This document shows positions 51,796 to 63,800 of a DNA stretch of 64,000 nt, in pieces (within the stretch, counting starts at the first letter, position 1; each line of letters opens with the position of its first letter). The stretch lies in contig JBHGNT010000014.1 of the NCBI GenBank assembly GCA_043228905.1, positions 19,282,001-19,346,000 of the forward strand, written 5' to 3'. The position numbers and the translations under genes were made by a program. A model generated the notes under the pieces. It was not told the origin of the DNA. It was given only the letters and a program-made list of their open reading frames with translations, and searched no databases. The DNA comes from Azolla caroliniana (lineage: Eukaryota > Plantae > Polypodiophyta).

Positions 51796-53824
51796 TGTCG
51801 AATACAAGTGTATAATGGACGTATTCACACTATCCCTTTGTATAGCTCAAGTTTGGGCCATTTGTGTAATTAGCATAAATGGTAGTTGCCCTAAGTTTGT
51901 CACTATATAAAGTGACCTAGTAACCTTTTTGTAAGGTTGGTTGTGTTATTGTTTCTATTGAATAGAAAGAGTCTTTTGTGCCTCCTCTCTCTCTCTCTCT
52001 CTATCTCTGTGCACGATCTTAGAAACTGTCATACGCAGGTACTCAACCCCAATCGAATGCTACTTGATCTTCCGCATTGACGGCCTTGTCTTCAACATTT
52101 GGTATCAGAGCGAGGTCCCTCAACCCGCTGTCGGCCGTCGTCTCAGCCTGCACAGCATTCGATTCTTCGCTTCATCACAACCTGCACAGTATTCGGCCTT
52201 TCGCTTCATCCTAGTCTGCAAAGCATTCGGTTTCTTGCGTCATTCGAAGAAACAGAGAAGAAAGTAGGCAAACACAAGCTTGAATCTCGCTGCGTTAGAT
52301 CATCACTCGGAGTAAGCCAGTCGGCTGTACTCTACTTCCTTGATCGTAACTGCTTGAGGTGGGCTTCCTGCACAACGACGACTTCAAGGACAACCCCAGT
52401 TCGTGTTTCATTCGATTGGACAATAATCGGAAGGACCAGTCGGTTCCATTGCTCTCACCGTTGCAGTCAACCGAAACCGAATCGGCTTGAAGTACTGTCG
52501 GATCGTTAAATCTAGGTTCAACTCGACTAAGACAGCTGTCGGTAGTCAATCCGAACCAAATCCCCGATTCTCCGTAATCAACATCACTTGTGTCCAACTT
52601 CGGCTAGAACGACACTGAGTGGGCCAAACCGCTGCACTTCACCAAAGTTCGTAGCCGACTTAGGGCAGAGTCATGACATCAACATCCGGCTCGTCAGAAA
52701 TGAGTCTACGAAAGTTCGATGGATCGAACTTCAACTTCTGGAAGGAGCAAATGCAGGACTATCTCATAGTCAAGGGGCAAATCGATCCCATCGAAAATGA
52801 AGCACCTCCAGAAGGATACAAACCAATTGAGTGGCAGAAGCTGGATAGAATCGTCCGCGCCACGATTCGGATGCACCTATCGGAATCGGTATACTTTACG
52901 GTGCAATCGTGTACGACAGCATTCGAACTGTGGAAAACACTGTCGGACACCTACGAAAAGAAGGTCGCTGCAACGAAGATGTTTCTGATCCGGCGCCTCT
53001 ACAACTTGCGGATGAAAGAATCAGATTCGGTTCAAGCACATCTCAATGAGTACGAAAGCATAAGCTCCCAAATCTCATCTCAGGGGACGGCAATCGAGGA
53101 TGAAATCAGAGCAATGATACTCATGAGCAGCCTTCCCTCATCATGGGAAACTTTCGTCACAACCGTGTGCAACGTGTCAACCATGGCTGTTAAATACTCC
53201 GAAGTCACGAGCGCAATCCTGACCGAAGCAGCTCGGAGAAAGTCTTTCGCCAAAGACTCAACAGACGACGCTTATGTAGTACAAGGTTCGACAGACCGAT
53301 CGAACATACGAGGAAGAGATTCCTCACGTCAGCCGAACAATCAGCGAAGACGGAGCCAGTCACGGGATAATCGAATCTGCAACTATTGCAAGAAACCCGG
53401 ACACATCAAAGCCGACTGCCGCGCACTCAAGAACAAGAACGACAAGTCTCAGAAATCAGACAAGAAGAGTGGCCGGCATGAGGAGATCAATTACGTCAGC
53501 TTCTCAGCTGATGTGCTACCAAACGACCCGAATATACTATCAATCGAAAATCCAGTCGGATCAGAAGTTCTGCTCACGACTGAAGAATCGAGCACATGGC
53601 TCTTAGATTCGGGCGCGTCATTTCACGTGACTCCTCATCGATCCCAATTTCGGCAATATACGATCCGTCACTCCGACTCAGTTCGAGTCGGCAACTCGCA
53701 ACACTGTGACATCATTGGAATCGGCACAGTAGAGCTCAACCTTGCAGGTGGCTCTACACTTGTACTTCACAATGTCCGACATGTACCCGAGCTCTCAAGG
53801 CCATTGATCTCAGTCGGACAACTA
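51796..53824 (+). mobile_element. Tnt1/Tork-like copia element H: 5' LTR 51796-52097, PBS 52100-52111; interrupted by the DNA transposon
   Basis: TG...CA LTR, PBS tggtatcagagc, then a gag ORF. Confidence 0.9.
52673..53824 (+). CDS. Copia H gag-protease N-terminal part, cut at LISVGQL
   Basis: Motifs KFDGSNFNFWK, CNYCKKPGHIKADC and WLLDSGASFHVT; copia similarity stops abruptly at 53824. Confidence 0.9.
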
Positions 53825-54178
53825 GGGGTGAAAGCATGCGAGTGGAAACAATTAGCTATGTCCTTGACATAGCTAATTAGCTATGCAAAAAGCTACCATT
53901 GATAAATAGTCATTTTAGTAAAAAGCCATCATTAATAAATTAAGTATGCAAAAAACTACCATTGAAAATACTAGAGTGTTTTAATTACATATGTAAATGA
54001 GTGCCATAAATGTGCAACATAAATTGATGTGTGCACCATAAATGTGTACCATAAATTATATATCGAATTCCTAGGTCCATTATGCATGATCCTTTGCCAC
54101 ATCACGTAGGCCATCTCTAGTTGAGTACTGTGGGTTAGTTGCTACCACTGTTGCTAAACCCTATCGAGTCCACCTGCC

Positions 54179-54950
54179 GCCACTCTACACTGAGGGGCTG
54201 CTACTGTGCGTTCCAAGCATCATCAAAGAGCTGCTCAATCTGACGGGGTTCTCTTCTCTGTGACACTCTACACTCAAGGGCCACTATTGTGCATTCCAAG
54301 CATCATCAAAGAGCTGTTCAATCTGAGGGGGTTCTCTTCTCTGTGCCACTCTACACTCAGGGGCCATTACTGTGCGTTCCAAGCATCATCAAAGAGCTGT
54401 TCAATCTGAGGGGGTTCTCTTCTCTGTGCCACTCTACACTCAGGGGCCATTACTGTGCGTTCCAAGCATCATCAAAGAGCTGTTCAATCTGAGGGGGTTC
54501 TCTTCTCTGTGCCACTCTACACTCAGGGGCCGCTGCTGTGCGTTCCAAGCATCATCAAAGAGTTGTTCAATCTGACGGGGTTCTCTTCTCTTTGCCACTC
54601 TACACTCAGGGGTTGCTACTGTGCGTTCCAAGCATAATCGAAGAGCTATTCAATCTGACGGGGTTCTCTTCTCTTTTCCACTCTCACTCAGGGGCCGCTA
54701 CTGTGCGTTTCAAGCATCATTGGTAACTGTTCAATCTGACGGGGTTCTCTTCTCTATGCCACTCTATTCTCAAGTGCCTTCTATGTGCGTTTCAAGCATC
54801 ATCGGTAACTGTTCAATCTGACGGGGTTCTCTCCTCCATTGCCATCATTCTATACTCAGTTGCCACTACTGTCCAGTCCCGGATTGCTTCCATATTTCGA
54901 TTTGACGGAGTTCACTCATCCAACGGCAACATTCTACACTCAGTTGTTGC
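54179..54950. repeat. 83-bp tandem repeat, about 9 copies, degenerating rightwards
   Basis: The unit ccactctacactcaggggcc...gttccaagcatcatcaaagagctgttcaatctga.gggggttctcttctctgtg recurs every 83 bp; ORF-track starts at 54206, 54289, 54372, 54455, 54538 and 54621 show the period. Confidence 0.95.
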
Positions 54951-55167
54951 CATTGGTCGGTCTTGGATCGCCTCCTCAACTGTTGGATCCAACAGAGTGA
55001 AATCCTCTACTGTTCGGTCTTGGATTGCAATAACTTTTCTGTCTATTGATTATCTTGTGTATTGTTGTGTCTAATCTTGTGTATTGTGTGGAATATTTTT
55101 GTGTATTGTTGTTGCCCATAGCCATCTTTAATACTTGTTTTTTTTTCTGGAAATTTAGGGTTTTAAC

Positions 55168-58100
55168 ATGTCTAGCCAAATGGAAGGGGAAGAAGGGTGT
55201 TTAGAATTACCCCTCAATGATCATAAGGATAGGGATGATGTTATCAGGACACAACAAGCCATACGAAACTATTGGGCAGAAAAAAAAAGGAAACATCGTC
55301 AATTGTTGAAGGATACGAAAGCCACACTCAGTAAAGGTAAGGATAGTTTAGATGAGAATGTAAGTAATGCGACTACCATCATAGAGAGAAAGGTTGTAGA
55401 CTATTTCAATGTTCAAACCAAGCACATCAGCAATGAAGAAAAGAAGGTAGTACTTTATGGAATATGTAATGATCCATCGATAAAGGACTTAGTTGATTGT
55501 GATGGTCTTAATGCAAACATATCATCTATTTTAGTAAATAATCTTCGTAATAGTTTCGTATCCATGAGCAGGTCAGAAGATGATCTTGTCTTAAAAAGGT
55601 CTAGTCTAATGATGTTACTTAATAGTGATGTTGACGATATAAACATCAGTGAGCTATCTAAGGTAATTGGTGTTAGTAGAAAAACAGTGTACAATACAAT
55701 GAACCGTATAATTTCCTCGGGTGAAGGAACTAGTCTACTAAAGCTAACTACAAGATGTAAGCCAATGACACCCATAACATTTGAAATCAAGGATGTAATC
55801 ACAATGTTTTGGACTAATGAGAGTAGGGTTTCACCCAATAAAAAGGATTTATGCAGGAAACGTGTTGGAAGAAATCAATACGAGGAGCATCCCATTCATC
55901 TTCTTGATGTACCTCAGGTATTTACATTTATCTCAACATTTGTTTTGACTCTACTCGGAAAGTTAATTAGCTCAGTTAGCAGAAAAGCTAATTAGCTGTA
56001 CTGCTAGCTAGTTAGCTATCATGGTAGCTAGTTAGCTATTTCGTTATTACCAGCTAATTAGCTACTAGGAAAGCTAATTAGCTACCATGATAGCTAATTA
56101 GCTACTATGATAGCTACTACATAGGTAACTGGCTACTCTCAATAGCTACTACCATGATAGCTAATTAGTTAGGATAGCTAATTAGCCACCATTATAGCTA
56201 ATTAGCTACTAGACCAGCTAATTAGCTACCATGATAGCTAATTAGTTACTAGGACAGCTAATTAGCCACCGTGATAGCTAATTAGCTACCATGATAGCTA
56301 ATTAGCTACTATACCAGCTAATTAGCTACCATGATAGCTAATTAGTTACTAGGAAAGCTAATCAGCCACCATTATAGCTAATTAGCTACTAGACTAGCTA
56401 ATTAGCTACCACGATAGCTAATTAGCTACTAGACCAGCTAATTAGCTACCATGATAGCTAATTAGTTACTAGGAAAGCTAATTAGCCACCATGATAGCTA
56501 ATTAGCTAGTAGACAAGCTAATTAGCCACCATGATAGCTAATTAGCTACTAGGACAACTAATTAGCTACTAGGACAACTAATTAGCTACCATGATAGCTA
56601 ATTAGCTACTACGACAGCTAATTAGCTACCATGATAGCTAATTAGCTACTAGAATAGCTAATTAGCTACTACGACAGCTAATTAGCTACCATGATAGCTA
56701 ATTAGCTACTACGACAGCTAATTAGCTACCATGATAGCTAATTAGCTACCATGATAGCTAATTAGCTACTACGACAGCTAATTAGCTACCATGATAGCTA
56801 ATTAGCTACTAGGACAACCAATTAGCTACTAGGACAGCTAATTAGCTACCATGATAGCTAATTAGCTACCATGATAGCTAATTAGCTACTAGAATAGCTA
56901 ATTAGCTACCATGATAGCTAATTAGCTACTACGACAGCTAATTAACTACCATGATAGCTAATTAGCTACTAGGACAACTAATTAGCTACCATGATAGCTA
57001 ATTAGCTACTAGAATAGCTAACTAGCTACTAGAATAGCTAACTAGCTACTAGAATAGCTAATTAGCTACTAGGATAGTTAGCTAGTTACGAGAATAACTA
57101 ATTCCCCTTTATTACGCAGGTCGATTTATTTATTAGGTTCAAACGAATGCATCCAACTATCAAAGTTCAACTACGAACATTCGAGTCTCTTAAGCCACAC
57201 TTTGTGAGACGCTTAAAGGATCGATACACATGTTGTTGCATTTACCATGTACAGATGGGTTTTCTGAAGGACTCTGTTAATCTACTACGTCACCATAGCG
57301 CATCCCTAACTAATACAGTTTGCACATGTGGGTGCCAAATCTGTCGATCAAGCCCGCAAGAGGAGTGTAAATCATCTGAGCACGTTATCTCTTCCATGAG
57401 TTATTTATTAGATTCAATATTGTGTCCGAGAGAATCTGACGCTATCTTCCATATTCATAAATGTGTCATGGGTTTATGTCAAGATTGTGGCCCTACTAGA
57501 TTTAGGTGGTGTCCAAATGAATTGAGTAGTGAAATATTGATCTCTGTGAAGTTATTTGAGTCAGTGAACACCAATTTCGAAGGAAAGGTGTGTAAAAGAA
57601 AGGATCTAGTTCAGAAGATGCTTAAACCAAGGGATTTGGTGTCTCTGTTTGTAGTATCTCTAGGAAAGTTCATTAAACACAACTTCATTTATTCATGGCA
57701 GGCCCATCAGTTTAAGACTTGCATATCTGATTTCCCAAATGATGTAGTAGTCTCAGTAGTAGATTTCGCAGAGAATTATACTTTCAAGCAGCAGAATGAA
57801 ATTCAATCTATGCATTGGTGTTCAGTTCAGGTAACCATTTTTGTGCACATAACATATTTTCGAGTTTCAGGTGATGTTAAAAAAGTAATTCATTTCTTTA
57901 TTTCCGATGATAAGAAGCATGATACCTTGTTCGTCCAACACTGTTTTAAGTTACATTGGCAGTGGTTATTAGCTCAACGTTTGGAGCTTACTCAACATTG
58001 GGTCTGGTCTGACGGAGCTGCGTCACAATTCAAGGCTCGACGTCCGTTTTATTTTGTGGGGAGGTATCCTGCTATAACAGGTTTGGAGATGAGATGGAAT

Positions 58101-58961
58101 TTTTTTGGGTCTGGCCATGGTAAAGGTGAACATGATGGTGCAGGGGCTGTTATAAAGCGGGCACTTACCCATGAACAACTAAAGACAGATGGTGTGCACA
58201 TGAATTGTGCATCACATGTAGTTGAATTTTTAAGAACAAATATGTCGACGAGTGCCACAGGTGTTTATTCCTCGCAAGTTCGAGATATCAAACGTGAATT
58301 TTGGGAAGTGAAGATAGATGAAGTAAATAGGGAGAAGACCTGGGAGTGCCAAGGAATTCCCGAATTGCGATCTCTGCATGCTGTTCGCGGTTATTCCAGG
58401 TTGGATGGTCATTGTATTGCGGTGAGAGAATTGACTTGTTTTTGCTTCCATTGTGTGCAGGGAAATTGGAGATATTGTCTAAACAAAGCATACATTCAGA
58501 ATTGGGAGTATCACACTCTGAATGATAAGGAAGCAGTTGATGGAGAAACAGGGCAGAATGCTGACTTCACATATGAGGGACTTGGAGATACTTTGAGTGA
58601 TGTCCTGAACGTTGGGGATAACTTCGCTGTAAATGCTGAAGAAGGCAATTCAGAGGGTGCTGATTTCTATATATTAAAGTGCACGGTTAGTAAACAGTGT
58701 GCAAGGCAGAATATTGTAGATGCATGGGGAAATTTTGTATCTGCCGGGACATTCTACATCGAAGGCATTTTTTATGCAAAACTAGATGACTACGAATATG
58801 TGTACAGGCTGTTAGAAGACAAACCAGCAGCGTATATGTACTCTCATTTGGTCAGATGCATCAACGTCCCAATGTCAGAATACAATAGCTGCTCCGGTTT
58901 ATACACTGTTGGTGCTAATGTGTATGAATGTATTTACAATAGTATGCCATGGAATTTGTAG
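55168..58961 (+). CDS. Spliced DDD transposase, exons 55168-55917 and 57120-58961, 863 aa
   Basis: Phase-0 GT-AG intron (CAG|gtattt...tacgcag|GTC) joins HLLDVPQ to VDLFIRFKRMHP. HTH-like ISELSKVIGVSRKTVYN, a CxCxxH/Cys cluster, and a candidate triad VVDFAENY (57762), WSDGAASQF (58011), HGKGEHDGAG (58134). No stops in the spliced frame. Confidence 0.88.
55985..57100. repeat. Intronic 20-bp-period array: palindrome TAGCTAATTAGCTA plus a variable 6-nt spacer
   Basis: Roughly 50 units in register, with spacers such as CCATGA, CTAGGA, CTACGA and CTAGAA. Confidence 0.96.
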
Positions 58962-59436
58962 CTACAAGTAGCACTTACCATGTTCTCTTGTAAAACAAAC
59001 ATGTATTTCGCGAAAACAGATCAATAAATTCGTTTGGAATCAATTTCTTGTATACAGTCTGCTTTCTGTGCTTCTTTCTCAATAAAATCATGTCTTTTTT
59101 GTTAAGTTTTAAGTTATAAGTTATAGCGAAATAGTCATCAGTAGCTAATTAGCTGTACAAATGCAGCTAATTAGCTGTACAAATGTATTTACAATAGTAT
59201 GCCATGGAATTTGTAGCTACAAGTAGCACTTACCATGTTCTCTTGTAAAACAAACATGTATTTCGCGAAAACAGATCAATAAATTCGTTTGGAATCAATT
59301 TCTTGTATACAGTCTGCTTTCTGTGCTTCTTTCTCAATAAAATCATGTCTTTTTTGTTAAGTTTTAAGTTATAAGTTATAGCGAAATAGTCATCAGTAGC
59401 TAATTAGCTGTACAAATGCAGCTAATTAGCTGTACA
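58927..59436. repeat. 255-bp tandem duplication covering the transposase stop codon and 3' region
   Basis: aatgtatttacaatagtatgccatgg begins at 58927 and again at 59182; the copies look identical by eye. Confidence 0.93.
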
Positions 59437-59585
59437 AATGTAGCTAATTAGCTGTCAATAGCTAAATAGTCATCAATAGAATGAAATCAACAATCTGCAA
59501 CATATTCCTCAAATTACATAGTAGATAAGTACAGTGGGAACAAGTAATTAAATTCTTCATTGAATAATGTCATCTCTTTACATAT

Positions 59586-60665
59586 TTATAAATTACCATT
59601 GGAAATGTCTACAAATCTCCTATAAACAGCTAAGCTCTTGCTAGTCAGTGGAACGAGTCTACATATATTATCCGCATATTGAGCTCGGTATGGAGTCCAC
59701 AACCATGCACCTAGTTGGCAGCTCACTGTTTGCACCAGGTACTGTTCAGGCATTTCCTCGGGTAGAATGAGACAGCATCTCCGAATATTGAAGTAGTGTC
59801 GGAAATGTTCTGTATCCAAAATCAATGTATTGTCAGCATTATATTCAGGCCAAGTAGCCCAAAAATCAGAAAGCCTCTTGAATCTTGCAGCTTCCATCTG
59901 CTCACAATTTTCTCGTGCCCATTGACCTTTAAAACGACTTCGCCATTTTGGGAAGAATCTTGCCAAACACTTCCACACATCTGATTTTGGTTTCTCACTC
60001 CAAATAAACAAATCGAAGTACTCCGCAGCCCACTCTAGAAACTGATCTGCGTCCCTCCTTGGCTGCATATATCTCACACTCATCAAGACTTTATCCAGCT
60101 CCAAGATCAAGGCTCTTCGCTCGACTTCTAGTGGTTTAGGTTTCCATTCCTGAAACTGAGCCGCTGTTACACCATTTTCTGGTAGGATACGATCAATCTC
60201 AATCAGCTCAGGTTCGGCTGACACAACTGGTGTCCTTTTTCTCTTTAAACCCCTAGTCGACTGTGTTGGGCCTAGCTTCACATTCTGGTGCTCTTGTTTT
60301 GTCGACTTAGTTATCAATCCTTGGATTACCTCAGTGCATGTAGCTACTGTTCTGCTCGATATCAATCCACTGGTATCACATGCTGCATCTACCTGCAACA
60401 CCAAGTCATCCGTGCTACATGCTGCATCTACCTGCAACACCAAGTCATCCGTGCTACATGCTGCATCTACCTGCAACACCAAGTCATCCGTGCTACATGC
60501 TTGATCAACTTGTGTGACCAGATCACTTGTGTCAGTTGCTACATCTACTTTCAAGATGGGGCCCTTTAAACATGCCGCAACATCAACAGTATCCACACTG
60601 CCATTGGCCTTACGAGCAATAGAATCAAACCCTTTAGACTCTGCAACATCAGAAAACACCAACAT
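59586..60665 (-). CDS. Cargo ORF with a C-terminal FCP1/NIF-like (HAD-fold) phosphatase domain, probably catalytically altered; start or upstream splicing uncertain
   Basis: ALILELDKVL...RRDADQFLEWAAEYFDLFIWS...KRLSDFW...YNADNTLILD follows the NIF/UBLCP1-type pattern (LVLDLDxTL...RP...FL...F...IWS...K.L...W...NTL..DD). Contains a 13-aa repeat and an NLS-like LKRKR. Confidence 0.7.
   Translation of the reverse strand: MLVFSDVAESKGFDSIARKANGSVDTVDVAACLKGPILKVDVATDTSDLVTQVDQACSTDDLVLQVDAACSTDDLVLQVDAACSTDDLVLQVDAACDTSGLISSRTVATCTEVIQGLITKSTKQEHQNVKLGPTQSTRGLKRKRTPVVSAEPELIEIDRILPENGVTAAQFQEWKPKPLEVERRALILELDKVLMSVRYMQPRRDADQFLEWAAEYFDLFIWSEKPKSDVWKCLARFFPKWRSRFKGQWARENCEQMEAARFKRLSDFWATWPEYNADNTLILDTEHFRHYFNIRRCCLILPEEMPEQYLVQTVSCQLGAWLWTPYRAQYADNICRLVPLTSKSLAVYRRFVDISNGNL
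60379..60550. repeat. 39-bp coding tandem repeat (ACSTDDLVLQVDA), 3 exact copies plus degenerate ones
   Basis: Visible in both the DNA and the translation of ORF 59586..60719. Confidence 0.93.
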
Positions 60666-60889
60666 ATTCACACTCACAAAGTAACTACTAGTCTCACAAA
60701 ACAATATCCTGAACATCAAAGAGTTTCAGTCATAGAACAACACTCTTCAAATTATCTTGGAAAAACATCATAGAGTTCCATTACATAATGTGGATCAAGC
60801 AACAACCAATCTGAGGTTTTACTTGTCCAACAGGATAGTAAAACTTCATAAAACCCTAGCAAAATCCCTAAGCTAACAATCATATCCAA

Positions 60890-63800
60890 CTAAACAGTAT
60901 TTCGCTCCACTACGTCTGGGCCCCTTGACCGAGTAACTGGTCTTGTTCCCGATCGTGGCCCCTTCTTCAGCCTTTTTCTGGTTGGTTCCCCATTTAGCCT
61001 TGCTTCTAGGACCCAATGCGCAAGTGTGTCCTCCTCCGACAACCTTCCCATCGCCTCAGCAGCTAATTGCACATCAGCCGTTTCTTGAACTAGCTTTTCA
61101 AGTACAGAGGGATCTGTTTGGACATTTTCAGTAGTTGGGCTCGGTGGGGTGGAATCAAGGTCTTGAGACTCGAAGAAATGTTGCATCAAGTGTTCATAAA
61201 CACTGTTGTTGTGAACCTCAGTTTTACATGTTGTTTCCACTATTTCATGGCATTTCACATCGTTGCCTAATTCAGTACACTGTTCCAAAAGAATAGGGTG
61301 CAGCTGATCTGAAGGAGATGTGATAGCAGGACTCTTACTTTCAGCCACATTGGCAGTAGTATCCTCATCTGTTGCAGCATCATCAGCACCAGACACATCA
61401 TGTGCCGTCCTTAATCCACAAGATTCTACAATAACATGACAGTTATTTAGGATAGCTAATTAGCTACTTTACTAAACTATGGTAGAAGCTAGGATAGCTA
61501 ATTAGCTAGTACGATAGCTAATTAGCTAGTATGATAGCTAATTAGGTACTTTACTCAACTATGGTAGTAGTTAGGATAGCTAATTAGGTACTTTACTCAA
61601 CTATGGTAGTAGTTAGGATAGCTTATTAGCTACTAGGACAGCTAATTAGCTGCCAGTAGCTAATTAGCTACTAGGATAGCTAATTAGCTGCCAGTAGCTA
61701 ATTAGCTACTAGGATAGCTAATTAGCTGCCAGTAGCTAATTAGCTACTAGGATAGCTTATTAGCTACTTTACACAACTATGGCAGTAGCTACTAGGATAG
61801 CTAATTCGCTAGTAGGATAGCTAATTAGTTTCCAGCAGCTAATTAGCTACTAGGATAGCTAATTAGCTACTAGGATAGCTAATTAGTTGCCAGTAGCTAA
61901 TTAGCTAGTAGGATAGCTAATTAGCTACTTTACTCAACTATGGTAGTAGCTAATTAGCTAGTAGGATAGCTAATTAGCTTTTTTACACAACTATGGTACT
62001 AGCTAATTAGCTAGTACCATAGCTAACTAGCTACTAGGATAGCTTATTAGCTACTTTACACAACTATGTCAGTAGCTAATTAGCTACTATGATAGCTAAT
62101 TAGCTAGTAGGATAGCTAATTAGCTAGTAGGATAGCTAATTAGCTAGTAGGATAGCTAATTAGTTGCCAGTAGCTAATTAGCTAGTAGGATAGCTAATTA
62201 GCTATTTTACACAACTATGGTACTAGCTAATTAGCTAGTACCATAGCTAACTAGCTACTAGGATAGCTTATTAGCTACTTTACACAACTATGTCAGTAGC
62301 TAATTAGCTACTATGATAGCTAATTAGCTAGTAGGATAGCTAATTAGTTGCCAGTAGCTAATTAGCTAGTAGGATAGCTAATTAGCTTTTTTACACAACT
62401 ATGGTACTAGCTAATTAGCTAGTACCATAGCTAACTAGCTACTAGGATAGCTTATTAGCTACTTTACACAACTATGGCAGTAGCTAATTAGTTACTAGGA
62501 TAGCTAATTAGTTACTAGGATAGCTAATTAGTTGCCAGTGGCTAATTTAGCTAGTAGGATAGCTATTTAGCTTTTTTACACAACTATGGTACTAGCTAAT
62601 TAGCTAGTACCATAGCTAATTAGCTACTAGGACAGCTAATTAGCTAGTAGCTCATTAGCTGCCAGTAGCTAATTAGCTAGTAGGATAGCTAATTAGAAAA
62701 GACTAAGCTTATTAGCTACAGTATGGTATACCTGTTTGTTTTCTCCACTCATTTGGTAGAGTTGTACTGCAATCTCCCAAACAGAATGCAGCAATTCGAC
62801 AGGCATGTTGAAAACAAAGCAGATGGTATGTGTGGTTGCATGGTTGTAGGTGAACCAACAAAGACGCAGTTTTGTCCTCCACACCTAACCCGCAAGCGAT
62901 GCAACGTGCTTGAACTGTCAATAAATCATTTTCTGGTTCTACTTCATTTGGTAAGGGAGCAAGAATGTTCAGGTCCAAATCCTGTATGGTCCTTACCATT
63001 TCCTCCACAAAATGTAGCTTCTTCTTAAGGCAGCTAACTACCTGTTCTTGATGAATGTATTGTTCCTTCAACGCAACAGAGAAATTTACCGATTAATTAT
63101 TCTTGTTGTTGAAAGATACACCAACTTTGCTCAGGAATCGTTAACTTACTTGAAGCTTATCCAAATTGTAATCTGCAACAGTATTTACACCTAGAAGGTC
63201 CAGGTTCATTGAAAGAACCTGGATCTCTATTTGCAGTTCTATTTTACGCTGGGGATCCAGTGGCCCCTCTAATTCAAGCTCCTGTTGCGCAACCTATTCC
63301 AGATAATGCTTGATTAGCACATTTTACCCGTTATTTATAACACAATCACATACCAGCAAAACAATAGTTACCTGAATCTTATTTCTAATTGTTGTAACAG
63401 CAGAAGTAACTTTGCTCTCCATTGCAGAAGCCATTGTGGCTTTCTCTAAATCAGTCTTAAAAAATGCCAATGTCTCACAGGCTTCATGGAAATTTTTTAG
63501 CATATAGCTAACCAATGTCTCACCTGTATCATCGACATTGGCTTTCCTTGGGTGTCGGTGTGGTGTATGCCCCCGGTCTTGCTGGGAGTCGGCAGTTGCA
63601 TCAACAGCTGCCATGCTCCAAAATCTGTCTATTTTTTGTGCCAAGGTCCCCATCTTTCGGCATCTTTTTACCGATGCCTCACCATAGACTGCCCAAGCTA
63701 CCCTATACATTTCAGGGTCTCTAGATTCCTTCGCTGTTTTGCAGTACTCATATGCAAATGCTCTAGCAAATGAAACTGACAACTCATTGTTGACTGGGAT

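Noticed and set aside
54206-54821. Series of 60-67-aa ORFs (MRSKHHQRA...)
   Set aside because: Artefacts of the 83-bp repeat, whose period is not a multiple of 3; they use non-ATG starts.
55985-62720. CRISPR-like appearance of the palindrome-plus-spacer arrays
   Set aside because: Spacers are only 3-6 nt (occasionally about 20) and drawn from a few recurring variants, the arrays lie in spliceosomal introns, and there are no cas genes. They are minisatellites.
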